From positions 1 to 32,493 of the forward strand of contig CAYRNH010000003.1 in NCBI GenBank assembly GCA_964425515.1: 32,493 nt of DNA. The letters are read 5' to 3'. The position numbers and the translations under genes were made by a program. Source of the stretch: an uncultured Thiotrichaceae bacterium (lineage in GTDB: Bacteria > Pseudomonadota > Gammaproteobacteria > SZUA-229). Of the stretch, positions 19,095 to 31,000 are shown piece by piece. Numbering within the stretch: the stretch's first letter is position 1; the number at the start of each line of letters is the position of its first letter. The notes beneath the pieces were generated by a model. That model saw only the letters and a list, made by a program, of their open reading frames with translations, did not search any database and was not told where the DNA came from.

Positions 19095-22000
19095 ATGAAG
19101 GGTGGTGTTGTAAACAACCGATGGGCGAAACTACTCGCTGGCGTAATACTCGCTGGCGCCGGTGCTTTGCTGTCTGTTGATAGCGCATTTGCGGCCGCCA
19201 GCCTGACACTGTCCAGTAGCTTTACTTCAGCCGACCCGGCGCGTGCCAGTGCCTACATGGATTCCGGCGGTACCTGGAACGGCAGCAGTGAAGTCACCAA
19301 TACCACTGGTGATCGCTTCGTACTGAGCGTTCAAAATACGGGAACCGTGCCGATAGTCGATGAGGCTTACGATCTTGCAATCAATGTGACCGTGCCGGCG
19401 CATTTTCGTTTACCGACATCATCTTCGCCAGTCACAGTCGCTGAAACTTCAGGTACACCAGGTTGTGCTGTGATCGGAAGTCTGAGTGCAACACAGGCGG
19501 GCGGTCCGGGAACCGATGTTGCATTCAATATACCCGCTAACACCAGTATTCTACCGGGTTGTCGTTACAGTTTTGATTTCGGCCTGACTACCGACGATGT
19601 TCCACCATCAGCCAACTCGGGCAGTTATAACATTATCTATAATGTTAACTACGACCTGGTAGCCGGTGATGCATCGACCATGCAAACCAGCAGCACGAGC
19701 CACAGTGTCGAAGTGCGCAAGGGCAGCGTTAGCCTGGTCAAAACAGCAAACACACCGGTTGCGGGTAATGGTGATACGGTCGACTTCACTGTGTCTTTGC
19801 TCAATTCTGGCAAGGGCGGCATTTTTGATGTGGTACTCAGCGACACGCTCAGCCCTGATCTGACCAACCTGGTACTCACCGCGCCCGCAACACCGCCGGG
19901 TGTTGCCGGGCCGGGCGCCAATCAATACACATATAAATATATAGCGCCGGGTCAGCAGATCGATGTTGACACAAAAGCCACCGTATCCGTCGATCCCAAT
20001 GCATTGACCTGTCCGAATTTGCGTAATGATGCCAGTGCAGTAGAGCGTCTGGGCACCACCGGAACATTTTTTGATACGGTTCCATTTGATCTGCAAAATC
20101 CATTCATCGATTACACGCCACCCAACATCACGATTCCGTACGGAGCTGCGGGTGTTGCTGTGACCGTGCCGGTACAGAACACCGGCACCGGGGTGGCAAA
20201 AAATATTTCGCTGACTGCGGCGAACCTGGCGGTATATAGCATTGTGGTAGACACCACGGCTTCACCCAACTGGTCATATGCGGGTGGCGGAGTGTTCAAT
20301 TACAGCGGTACGCTGGCAGCAGGCGCGTCCGCGAACCTCACGTTCAATGTCAGCACCACCTCCTGTCCGGCGCCTGCGGATCAGAATATTACCTGGGTGC
20401 CCGGATATAAAAATGCCTGCGGTACCGATTTCTATCCACCGATACGATTTTCTTCGACCACTTTAAATAATGTGCCAGATGTGAATGTCACCAAAACGGT
20501 GTCAGCGTCGACATTCAATGTGGGATCGCCTGGCTTTTATACACTGACTTTGAACGGTACCAATACCGCCGGCCTGCCTGGTAATAGTGTCCCGAATAAT
20601 ACGGATTTTTCAGTCACCGATACGCTGCCGAACGGAATCACAGGCGCGGTGATCAATTCGATTCCTGCGGGTACCGTAGTGCTGGTCAATGGTTCGCCTT
20701 ATGCCGCCGGATCAGCGATTGCAGACAGTGCCACGATTACCTGGCGCGGGGATCGTGCTGATCTTTCACCGCTTCCTAGTTTGCGAATTGATTTTACTGC
20801 GGGCTCAACCGGTGTTTGTCCTGTCGGTCAGACGATCAGCAATACCGCCAGCCTGAGCTACCCCTCCTGTAGCATTAGTAATAATGATAATGCCGGTTTC
20901 ATTCTGAATGAAAATCCTGCGGGCGGTGCAATCACCAATATTGCTGTGGGTGGAGACGGTAATTTCCAGGCCGGCGCCAAAGACACCGATGGTGTAGCCA
21001 ACACCCAGCCGCGTGAAGGCGAGCACATTCCTTTTACACTGTCGTACAGTTTTCCTTCTGGTTTTGCTGGTACCTGGTCGGGTACCCGCTTTACCGCTGA
21101 TTTACGTAGCAACATCGGCACGGGTGTGCCACTGGTGCTGACCAATAACCGTAACAGTGTTCATCTTAAGATTACCCGCATCAGTGACGGCGCTGTGGTT
21201 TGCGATGCTAACCTGAATCCATTACTGGGCGATTTCACCGGCGGTGATGGTACCGGGCCGTTAGTGATCACAAACTTTGGCTCCCTGTCGCCAGCAGGCT
21301 GTAATGCTCTGCCAGCGAACATGGCCGATCATGATATGCAGATTACCTATGCGGCAACTTCGCCCGAAGGTAATCTCGACAGTAACAACAATCCGACCAA
21401 TGCTAATAACATTGGCAATTATCTGGAGAACACCACACTGACGGTGAACGCCGGGCCAACCAGCTGCCTTGGTAACACCGATTTTGTACAGGCCGCTAAC
21501 GTTAATATCGAACGTGCCGTGCTGGGTGTCAGCGCAACACTTAATAATGGTAACCCGGTGTCTGTGTGTTCGGTGGTACCTGCTCGTATCGATGTCGCCG
21601 GGCCGGCAGCCAATACCAATAGCGATAATATTCAGCTGCAATTTAACGATAGCAATTTTGAATTTGTTAAAGCAGATGGAAGTCCGGGTAATCCTACAAC
21701 GGATCTTGGTTATTCGGGTTCTCTGGCGTCATTGGGAATGGTGGGTTCACGCTCAGGCAATGATGTCCTGATGACAGGCACACCCAACACAACTAATCTG
21801 ACTGCTGATGGCAGCGTCAGTTTTAATGTGCGTCTGCGCGACACCACGGTGCCCGGTACCATGGCGGTGCAGCTGGGGTATGACAGTAATCATACTTCGC
21901 CCGATGGTGCACCATTAACAGACTCAGACCGCGATTATGTTTTAAATATTAATGGCACACCTCTAGATATATTGAGTGGCCAGCTGAAGATGGAATTTTT

Positions 22001-25000
22001 TCCAGCGGACGTTATTCTCAAAGACTCAACCAACTACACGTTCCGTGCACAGATTACCAATGTGGGCACCGGTACTGCGGTAGGCGCGAAGTACCGCCTG
22101 ACATTACCGGCCGGAATGAAGTTTGAATCTGCGGATGTCACGCCGACCACGTTGGGTCCGTTTGATTATTCCGGCCAGACCATTGAATGGGCCCTGGGTG
22201 ATCTGGCGGCAGGTGCCTCGTCGAATATCAATATAACCACCAGCATTAATCAGACCACCTGTTTTCAGAACCCGACCGAAAAAATTACTTCGGAAACAGA
22301 ATGGGGTTGCGGCAGCCCGATCATCACCACCGAGACCAAACCCGGACTGGTTCTGGCGCCGCATCAGCTGACGCTGACGCACGATTCAAACAACAGCTTC
22401 TGTAAACTGTGTAACGAAGGTGAGGTGCGTCTGTTCGTTAACAATACCGGTAGCGTATTACTCACCAATGTCGATGTTACCGAAAACCTGATGGCCTCAG
22501 GTTTGACCTACGTACCCAATTCCACCACGTATTATGTCGATGGTGTTGCGGCGGCTGCACCACTGGCCGAGCCTACGGTGAGTGGCGCTAACTCAGAATT
22601 GATCAACTGGAACACGTCGCAGATTCCGGAGCTCGCAAATCTGTATAGCGCGTTCAGTGCAGGCGCAGGCAAACCGCAGCAAATAGAAATTCGTTTTCGC
22701 GTTAAACGCAACACCGCAGGTGGTTTTAACAATGAAGGTTTGATATCAGCCAATAGAAATATTCAGGCGACAGCAAGTTATGGCCTGTTCTGCGGACCGC
22801 CGCCGCAGACCGCGAGCAGTGCTTTGTTTGAATTACCCATCGATCAGCCGGTGCCGACAGTGACCAAGCAGGCAAGAAACGTTGATGCTAATCAGCCACC
22901 CTCTGCTTATGCGAATACGGTGTACGGTGGTAGTGCAGACAATGTGATCTGGCGAGTGCAGGTGACGAACAACGGCCCTGACAGCCGCGCCGATCTTGAA
23001 GCGTTGATTTTAAATGACAGCATCGACAACATCGGTGGCAACAATTTTTTGATCAATGAAGTCTGTGATAGCGAAGCGAATGCAACGCTGGCAGCCCAGG
23101 GCGCCTCACCAGGATCACCTGACTGTATTTCTGTTGGCTCGACTGCATCAACCAGCTTCAGTGTGAATGATCCATTCGGCAATCCAAACAATGATGAGAC
23201 GACAAGTTTCATCGATGTGCTCAAGGGCGGCCAAACGTATATTTATTTTGTCGGCAAGATTCAGAATACCTGTACCAATCATACCAACAGTGTTGATATT
23301 GCCTGGGGTTGTCAGTCCGATCCACCGGATGGCGGCATTACCACGCCCGCGACCAGTGGTGGAGTGACGCCTGCGTACAGTAACGCAGATACTGCTGCTC
23401 TGAGTACCGCGGTGAATCCTGCCGGCGTGATCATCAGCCAGACGGTGACAGGAAGGAATCCGGCGCAACCGCTGGGCGCAACCGGTATCGTCACGGTCAC
23501 GATTCGTAATAATTCGGGCGGCAGCGTGCGCGGTATCACGCTGGACGATGTACTGCCCGCAGGGTATGCGCTGGACCAGACATTGATGACCGCTGTTGAT
23601 ACCCCGGCGTTTGGTGCCTACACCGGGATGATCGATACCGTCAATCTGACGAATCCACAGGCGGCTGCAGAAAACAATACCAGCCCATCTTTTACGCTGA
23701 CCAGTTCCGGTGGTACTGCACCGCAAAATAATCTGCTTCGTCACGGCGATGTGCTGACCATTACGCTTGGTATCGTCAAGAAAAATGGTTTTGATATTGT
23801 CGCCAATCCCGAAGTGCGGGTAGAAAATACCGGTGACGGTACCGACCCTTCGGTAGCTACGCCGCTGAATAATAAAGCAACGGTTGTGTTTGAAAATACC
23901 TGTGGCAGTGCTTTCCCTGCAGTGGTGAATAATCTTTCGGTATCACCCGCACCCGAAGATCTGGATATCAATATTAATCCGACGAATGCGGATCTGATAT
24001 ATATATTGAGTGACCCAACTGCGTCTCTGAGCCTGGATGTGCAGCTGACCAATAATGGTGGCAATGATGCCAGTCATTATTTTACTTATGTGACGGTTGG
24101 TAGTGGACTCAAGGTACTGACTCCTGTGCCGACTGGTTGTGCTGTCACCAGTAATCCACCAGCGCATGCGGTATGGGCGCCCGCATTGCCGGCAACGGCA
24201 ACAGTGTATCAATGTACTAAGACGGACCCGCTACCGCCTGGCTCAACCGACAGTTTTGTTTTTAATGTACAAAAGCAGAACACGGGTGCTGATTTAACCT
24301 TCCGTGCCGATGTGGTGGGCGAGATTACCTTAAGCGATGGCACGCCGCTGACATATCCGACACCCGACACGACCATTGCCAATACCGCAAACAATTATTC
24401 ACTGGATTCGATCCGTGCGCGCCTGATCGGTTTTAATCTTACCAAGGTGATTCAGGGAAACTGCACCGAAAACAATCCCGCGCCAGTCAATAATAATCGA
24501 GTGCAAATTGGTGAGGACTGCACCTATCGCATGGAAGCTGGCTGGTTTGGTTTTGCAACGCCGGGTTTTGGCAGCATTCAAATCAAGAATGCGGTAATCA
24601 CCGATACCATTCCAGTGGGTCAGGGTTTTATTTCACAGAACACCAGCAATAGTAGTGCTGGCATCACAAATATAACAAGCACAGCATCGGGTCTGACGCC
24701 ACCGGCCTATAGTCCGTCTATTAGCTGGCAGTTTGATCCATTTGCCGGTGATGAGACCTTCAGTGTGGACCTGGTTACGCGCACGCTCAATGATCCACTG
24801 AACAGTTCGGCTTCGCCTAATGTGCACGGTGCATACAGGGCAGACACGGTCAATGCGAGCTTTGACGTTGATTTTGGTGGCACCACGAAGTCGTTTGGAT
24901 CGACCACGCCCGGCTATCCACCGATATCTGTGCGCAGGGCTCCTGTCAGAGTCATCGAACCACATCTGATTATTACCAAGGAAGTCTGCGATGAAACGAT

Positions 25001-28000
25001 TCATGGTGTTGGGCCTGCGTGTACCGCCTTCGTACCCCTGGTCAATGAAGGCGATACCAATGATAACTATGTTTACCGGGTAAGCATTCTCAATGAGGCT
25101 ACATCCGGCGGCTACCAGCGCGCGCCTGCGTACGATGTTGATATCACCGATGTGCTTGATAGCAGTGACCTGCTCACACTGGATCCCAGCTATCTGATCT
25201 ATGAAGTCGATAATACGAATAATGGTACTGTCGATGCCTCAGGTTCCTTATCTCCAATGGTTATCACCGATAACACCCCCAACAATGGAACGCCCGGTGT
25301 TCTGAGTATTTTATCGAGTACAAATCCGGTATTGCAGAAAATCGACCCCGGCCAGAAGGTGATGCTTTATTACCGCGCCAATCCGGATGATGCTGCGGCA
25401 CCGGGACAGCAGCTGAAAAATTCTGTAACAGCTCACTACGACACCTTGCCGGGCGTGTCGGGCAACCAGAATGCACCACAGGAAGCCAGTGGTACTGCCG
25501 GTGGTGCGCGTGAATACACCACCACGCCACAAAGTGCCACCATAGAAATCACTTCACTGACAGTGCCGCCCAAATCCAAAGGCATACTGGCGCTTTCAAA
25601 TACACCGTTGGGTGGTGTGGCACCGTTTGTTGGGCCGCAGAACGCAGCGGTCGGTGAAGAAATTCAATACCAGCTGCAGGTCGATATGCCCGTGGCGAAC
25701 CTGAATACTTTTGTTATTCGTGATGTGCTGCCTGTTGGCCTTAAATGTATTGAAGCGGAAACCATCAATCTGGATGCAGCACCTTATAGCACCGCAGGTT
25801 TTTCACCGGGTGGTACGTTCGTACCCACCTGTACTAATAATGGAACCAACGATGTTGTGGAATGGGATTTTGGCGATCAGAAACTGACCAATGGCCCCAC
25901 CTTTAACTTTACTGCGAAATTTATCGCACGCGTCGAAAATATCGCCAGTAACCGCGATGGCGTTCTACTTCGCAACGGCGGTACCGGTGCGGGCAGCACC
26001 CTGGCAACGCTGAGTTACAAAGATGCCGGTGGTAATCCGGTAACGGTGAATTTAGGGCCCGCTGACGTGACTGTGAGCGAACCCAAAATCGTACTGAATA
26101 AAGTCTATGGTGTGACGAGCGCAGATGCAGATGATGAACTGACAGTCACAGTCACCGCCACAAATACAGGAACATTACCTGCGTACAATGTACGCGTGTT
26201 TGATGATCTGGCAGCAGTCACGGACCTGACCTATGTTTCAGGCAGTAACTCGGCCAATGTGACCCAGGATTTGAGTCTGGGCGCTAATCGTCCGGTATTT
26301 ACTTTAAATCCGGTCGCGCCGATTGCAGCAGGCGCGAATGTCAGTTTCACTTTTAAAGTAAAGGCAAGTTCGACCGTACAACCGCTCGAAGTGCTGGATA
26401 ATACGGTGCAGGCGGCATGGACCTCTTTGCCGGGTTCTGGCACGGCATTGAATTCAGGCGGCAGCATCGGTGCAGATGGCAGCGCGACCGGTATGCGCAC
26501 CGGGGCGATTCCTAATGCGGGTGATACGCTGAATAATTACGAAGCGACCTTCACCAATAACGCATTACTTGTTCCATCAGTCAGTGTTACCAAAACCGAT
26601 TTAAATCCAGCAGTGGTGCCCACCATTGGTGAACGTAAAAAGTTCGAACTCGATATCGCGATTCCAGAAGGCGTTACCAATAATCTTAAAATCAGCGACG
26701 ATCTGTTTGCTGCATCCGGATTGCCGCCAGCCGCCGCTTATGTTCTGGAAGACAGTGCTGGCTATAACATCAGCTACAGTTTCTCGGGCATAGCCAGCAT
26801 CAACGGTGCTGCACCTGCAAAAACTGCATTCACCGCATTGCCGACTAACGGTGCTAGCGGAGTGATCACCTGGAACATTGGTAAAGTGATCACGAATACA
26901 GAAAACGATGCGGTATCGAATGCGATCAACCCGTCGATACATATTACCTATTACGCGCGCATTAATAACGACACCAGCACCCATGCGGGCGATGCCATGC
27001 TCAATTCGGCGAGCGCTACATTTACCAGTGGCGAAACCGGTGCAACCACAACCACAACACCGGTGGCCGCGCCGCAGGAGACCGTGAAGGAACCTGCGCT
27101 GACAGTCACCAAAACATTTAACAATGTAACACCGGGAAAAAATCCGACCGACCTGCCCGACGGCGGTGACACGATTGAATATGTGTTAACGCTAAACAAT
27201 ACCGGCACCAGCACTGCATTCGATACCAATATTGTCGACACGCTACCCGCCGCTTTGCAGCTCGATACCAGTTTTACCCCGACTGCAACCATCGGCGGCA
27301 CGCCCGTGTCTGGCTTCGTTTCCACGCCAGACGGTTCACCTGGTGGGCCATTGATCTGGGGTCGTGGAAAAGCCGTGCCGGACGGAAGTCTGGATATACC
27401 CGCTGGGCAGTCGCTGATACTGACCTATCGAGTGACTTTGCAGAACAACGTGCTGGCTGATCTTGCGATCAACAATAGTGTGCTGGTTGACTGGACTTCG
27501 CTCAATGGCAGCTCGCCAGATGAGCGCACCGGTGCAGGTTGCCCGACCATCACTGCGCCCAATGATTACTGCAGCGGGCCGATAACCGCGGTGATGAATG
27601 TCAGTGATAACAACAGCATTGTCAAAACTCGATTGACGGATACTTCACCGACATTGACTGCACCGAATGATGTGCGCATTGGCGACATCGTAGATTACGA
27701 ACTGCACGTTAATATCCAGGAAGGCACCAGCCCTGATGTAAAAGTGACTGACACCCTGCCCAAAGGCCTCGCCTTTGAAGGCGTGTTGAGTGTTAACGGT
27801 GATACTACGGCACCGTATTCTCAGTCAGGGCCGTTTAGCTATAGTGATATCGCTGCCCCCACCGTTTCGGGTAATCCCGCCAGCGGGCCGAGTACCGTGA
27901 CCTGGAATCTGGGAACCATAGTCAACGCGGCCGACAACAATACCGCGAACAATGATTTTGTCATTGTGTATCGCGCGCGTGTGCTCAATCTTGTGCAGTT

Positions 28001-31000
28001 GCAGCAAAATAGCATCAGCCTGACCAACACCGCAAACCTGGATTACACCACGGCCAACGGTGCGGCAACGACCAGAACAGGTAGTGAAACGGTCACCATA
28101 CTGCAGCCGAATTTAAGCGTCACTAAAACGGCCGCACCCGCAGGCGGTGACAATCTTATCGATGCCGGTGAACTGATCGATTACACCGTTGATGTCACTA
28201 ACAATGGTACCGCGCCTGCGTATGATCTGGAGCTCAGCGATATTATTCCGGTGGGTTTACGCAATGGCGCGGCGACCATCACCATGGTCAGTACCGAGCT
28301 GCCGGTGGGAACAACAGTGACCAGTCTGCCACCGGTGTACGATGCGGTGACCGGCAATGCCATCTGGAATTTTGATACCGGCACGGCAGACGCCTACACC
28401 ATTCAGCCAGGCGAAACATTACGTATTGTCTATCGTGTGCAGGCCGACCCTACACTTGGCCCTGGTCTCACCATGACCAACTCGGCTCAGGCCAGACGTT
28501 ATTATTCATTCGACAATAATGCGGTTCCGGTTGCGGGGACAAGCACCGGTGTGCGTGAAATATACGGGCCCAGCAATACCGCGACAGCAACACTGCAGAC
28601 GCCGGCAGCAGGACCACTGGCGATACAGAATCCGGCGAGCCTGAATGCTTCTATCGGTGTGCCGTTTACCTATCGCATCACTGTGCCGGCGACGCCGCAA
28701 AATACTGCGCTGAACGATGTGCGTATTCTCGATAATTTATCTACGTCGGCAGCGGATATGGTGTTTGTCAGCGTGAGCAAAGTTTCCGGATCTGGATCAT
28801 GGACACCGGTGAATGTGGGGACTTCGAAAAATATTATTATTCAGGATTCGGGTGCCGGCGGTATCGATATCCCTGCCAACCAGCAGGTCGTGATTGATCT
28901 CACTGTGCAGCTGCGTAATCAACCGGTGAACGTAGCTGGTCTGACCTTTAACACGACTGCCAGTTATACCTTTAATAAGGTCAACGGCGATAACACCACA
29001 CAGGGCGTGACTGTGCCCGTTACCACCGCACCCGATATGGTGGTGGTCGAGCCGGATCTGCATTTACGTAAATTCGGGCCATCACCTGCGATTGTCCAGT
29101 TTGGTAATCCGATTCCATATCGACTCGAAGTTGAAAATGTCGGCACCGGCCCGGCCTACGACATTACCGTGCGCGATCACTTACCAAGTGTGCCCGATGC
29201 CGGCCCGCCACAAACCGGCGGCACCTGTAATACCGCGCCCGATAATTTTGTAGTGCAGATCACCAATGATTCGCTGGTGGTGTTGCGCACGCTGGTGAAG
29301 AACGTGGATTACACCGAAACGCACACAGCGGCGCCGACCTGTGAGCTGGTGATTAAAACCACTCCATCCTATACCTCGCCGAATGCGGTGCTGGGTGCAG
29401 ATGAAAGACTGGTGATCAACTACGATGCGTATCTTGATGTGAATACGCTCGATGGGGTTTCGCTTACCAACATCGCGGGCGTTACCGAATGGTTCAGTGC
29501 GGATACCGCAGGTGCAGGCGCTACCGGCGAAACCCGTACTTATACCAAAACTATTACCGATGGCACGGTGGGTACTTTTGACCATCAGGATGCGTACACC
29601 GTGCAGACCCAGTCGCCGGTACTGGTGATTCAGAAAACAGTGGTGAATCTGACATCGGGACAGAACCCGGGCTCGAATGCAAAACCGGGCGATACACTGC
29701 GTTACACGATCACGATCAAAAACATCGGCCCGGTAGGTATTTCAAGTTTCAGTCTCACCGATGAGCCGGACCGGCTGACAACGCCGCCGGGTATTTTTGT
29801 TCCCGGCTCGATGACAAATATTGTGGTGCCTGCGGGCGCTGACAATACCAATACGAATATCAACGGCGGTGCGCACGGTGCGGGCAGACTCGATGTGCGC
29901 AACATGTCACTGGATGCCGCGGGCGGTGCAAACGATACCCGCACGATCAGTTTTGATGTCACCCTGGAACCGGTATTGCCCAGCGGCACGATTGCGCGTA
30001 ACCAGGCGCTGGTGAGCACGCCCAATTTCAGTAACCTGCAATCAGACGATCCTAATATTAACGGTGCCGACAATCCTCTGGTGTTCGGCGATGAAGATCC
30101 AACGCAGACGCTGATCGGTTCGGTACCGACCTTCCGCCTGCAGAAAACATCAAAAGATCTGACCGGTGATCCGAATGTGCTGCGTCAGGGCGACACGCTG
30201 CAATACACCATCACTGCGAAAAACATTGGTATCGAAAACGCAGTGAACGTTATGTTGCGCGATCAGGTGCCGGCCAACAGCAGCTATGTGACAGGCAGTA
30301 CCACATTGAACGGAGTGGCGATTGCCGACCCGGCTGCAGGCATATCGCCTTTGCAAAACGGCATTCTGATCCACGCGCCCGAAGACAGTACCGCAGGCAA
30401 TATGCGCGCAGACAGCAGTGCGACCACTGCGAACGTTGCCACCATCACCTTTAGCGTGGTGGTGGATTCGAATGTGGTCAATGGCACGGTGATATCCAAC
30501 CAGGCCTTTGTCACCGGGCAGGGCGTGGGTAGTGGACCGTTCCCGACCCAGCAGTCGGATGATCCGAGTACCGATGTGTTTGGCGATCCAACGCAGAATA
30601 TCGTTGGCAACCTGCCGATACTGAATGTGCAGAAAACGGTGGCGCTGCTGAATGATGCAGGTACCGCGGGCCAGGTCGATACCGGTGATACTCTGCGTTA
30701 CACGTTTAAAATCAGTAATGCCGGTGCGATACCCGGCACCGGTGTGGTGTTGCGCGACAGCATCCCTGCGAACACAAGTTATATCGCCAACAGCGTTACT
30801 CTGAATGGCAACGCCATCGCCGATGCGTCGCCCGGGGTTTCGCCATTGATCGCAGGCATCGATATAAATTCTTCCGATGTGACGCCACCATTGCCAACAC
30901 CGGGCAATGGCAAGGTTACCGCCGGACACTCGGCCACGGTCACCATCGATGTCACCGTGACCGGTGCGCCCGGACAGCTGATTAGCAACCAGGGCACCTT

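Noticed and set aside
20745-20753. RGD tripeptide in the giant protein
   Set aside because: About one occurrence is expected by chance in ~4500 aa of this composition.
22401-22412. CxxC (CKLC) as a heme c or thioredoxin site
   Set aside because: No following His and no thioredoxin-fold context; more likely structural disulfides.
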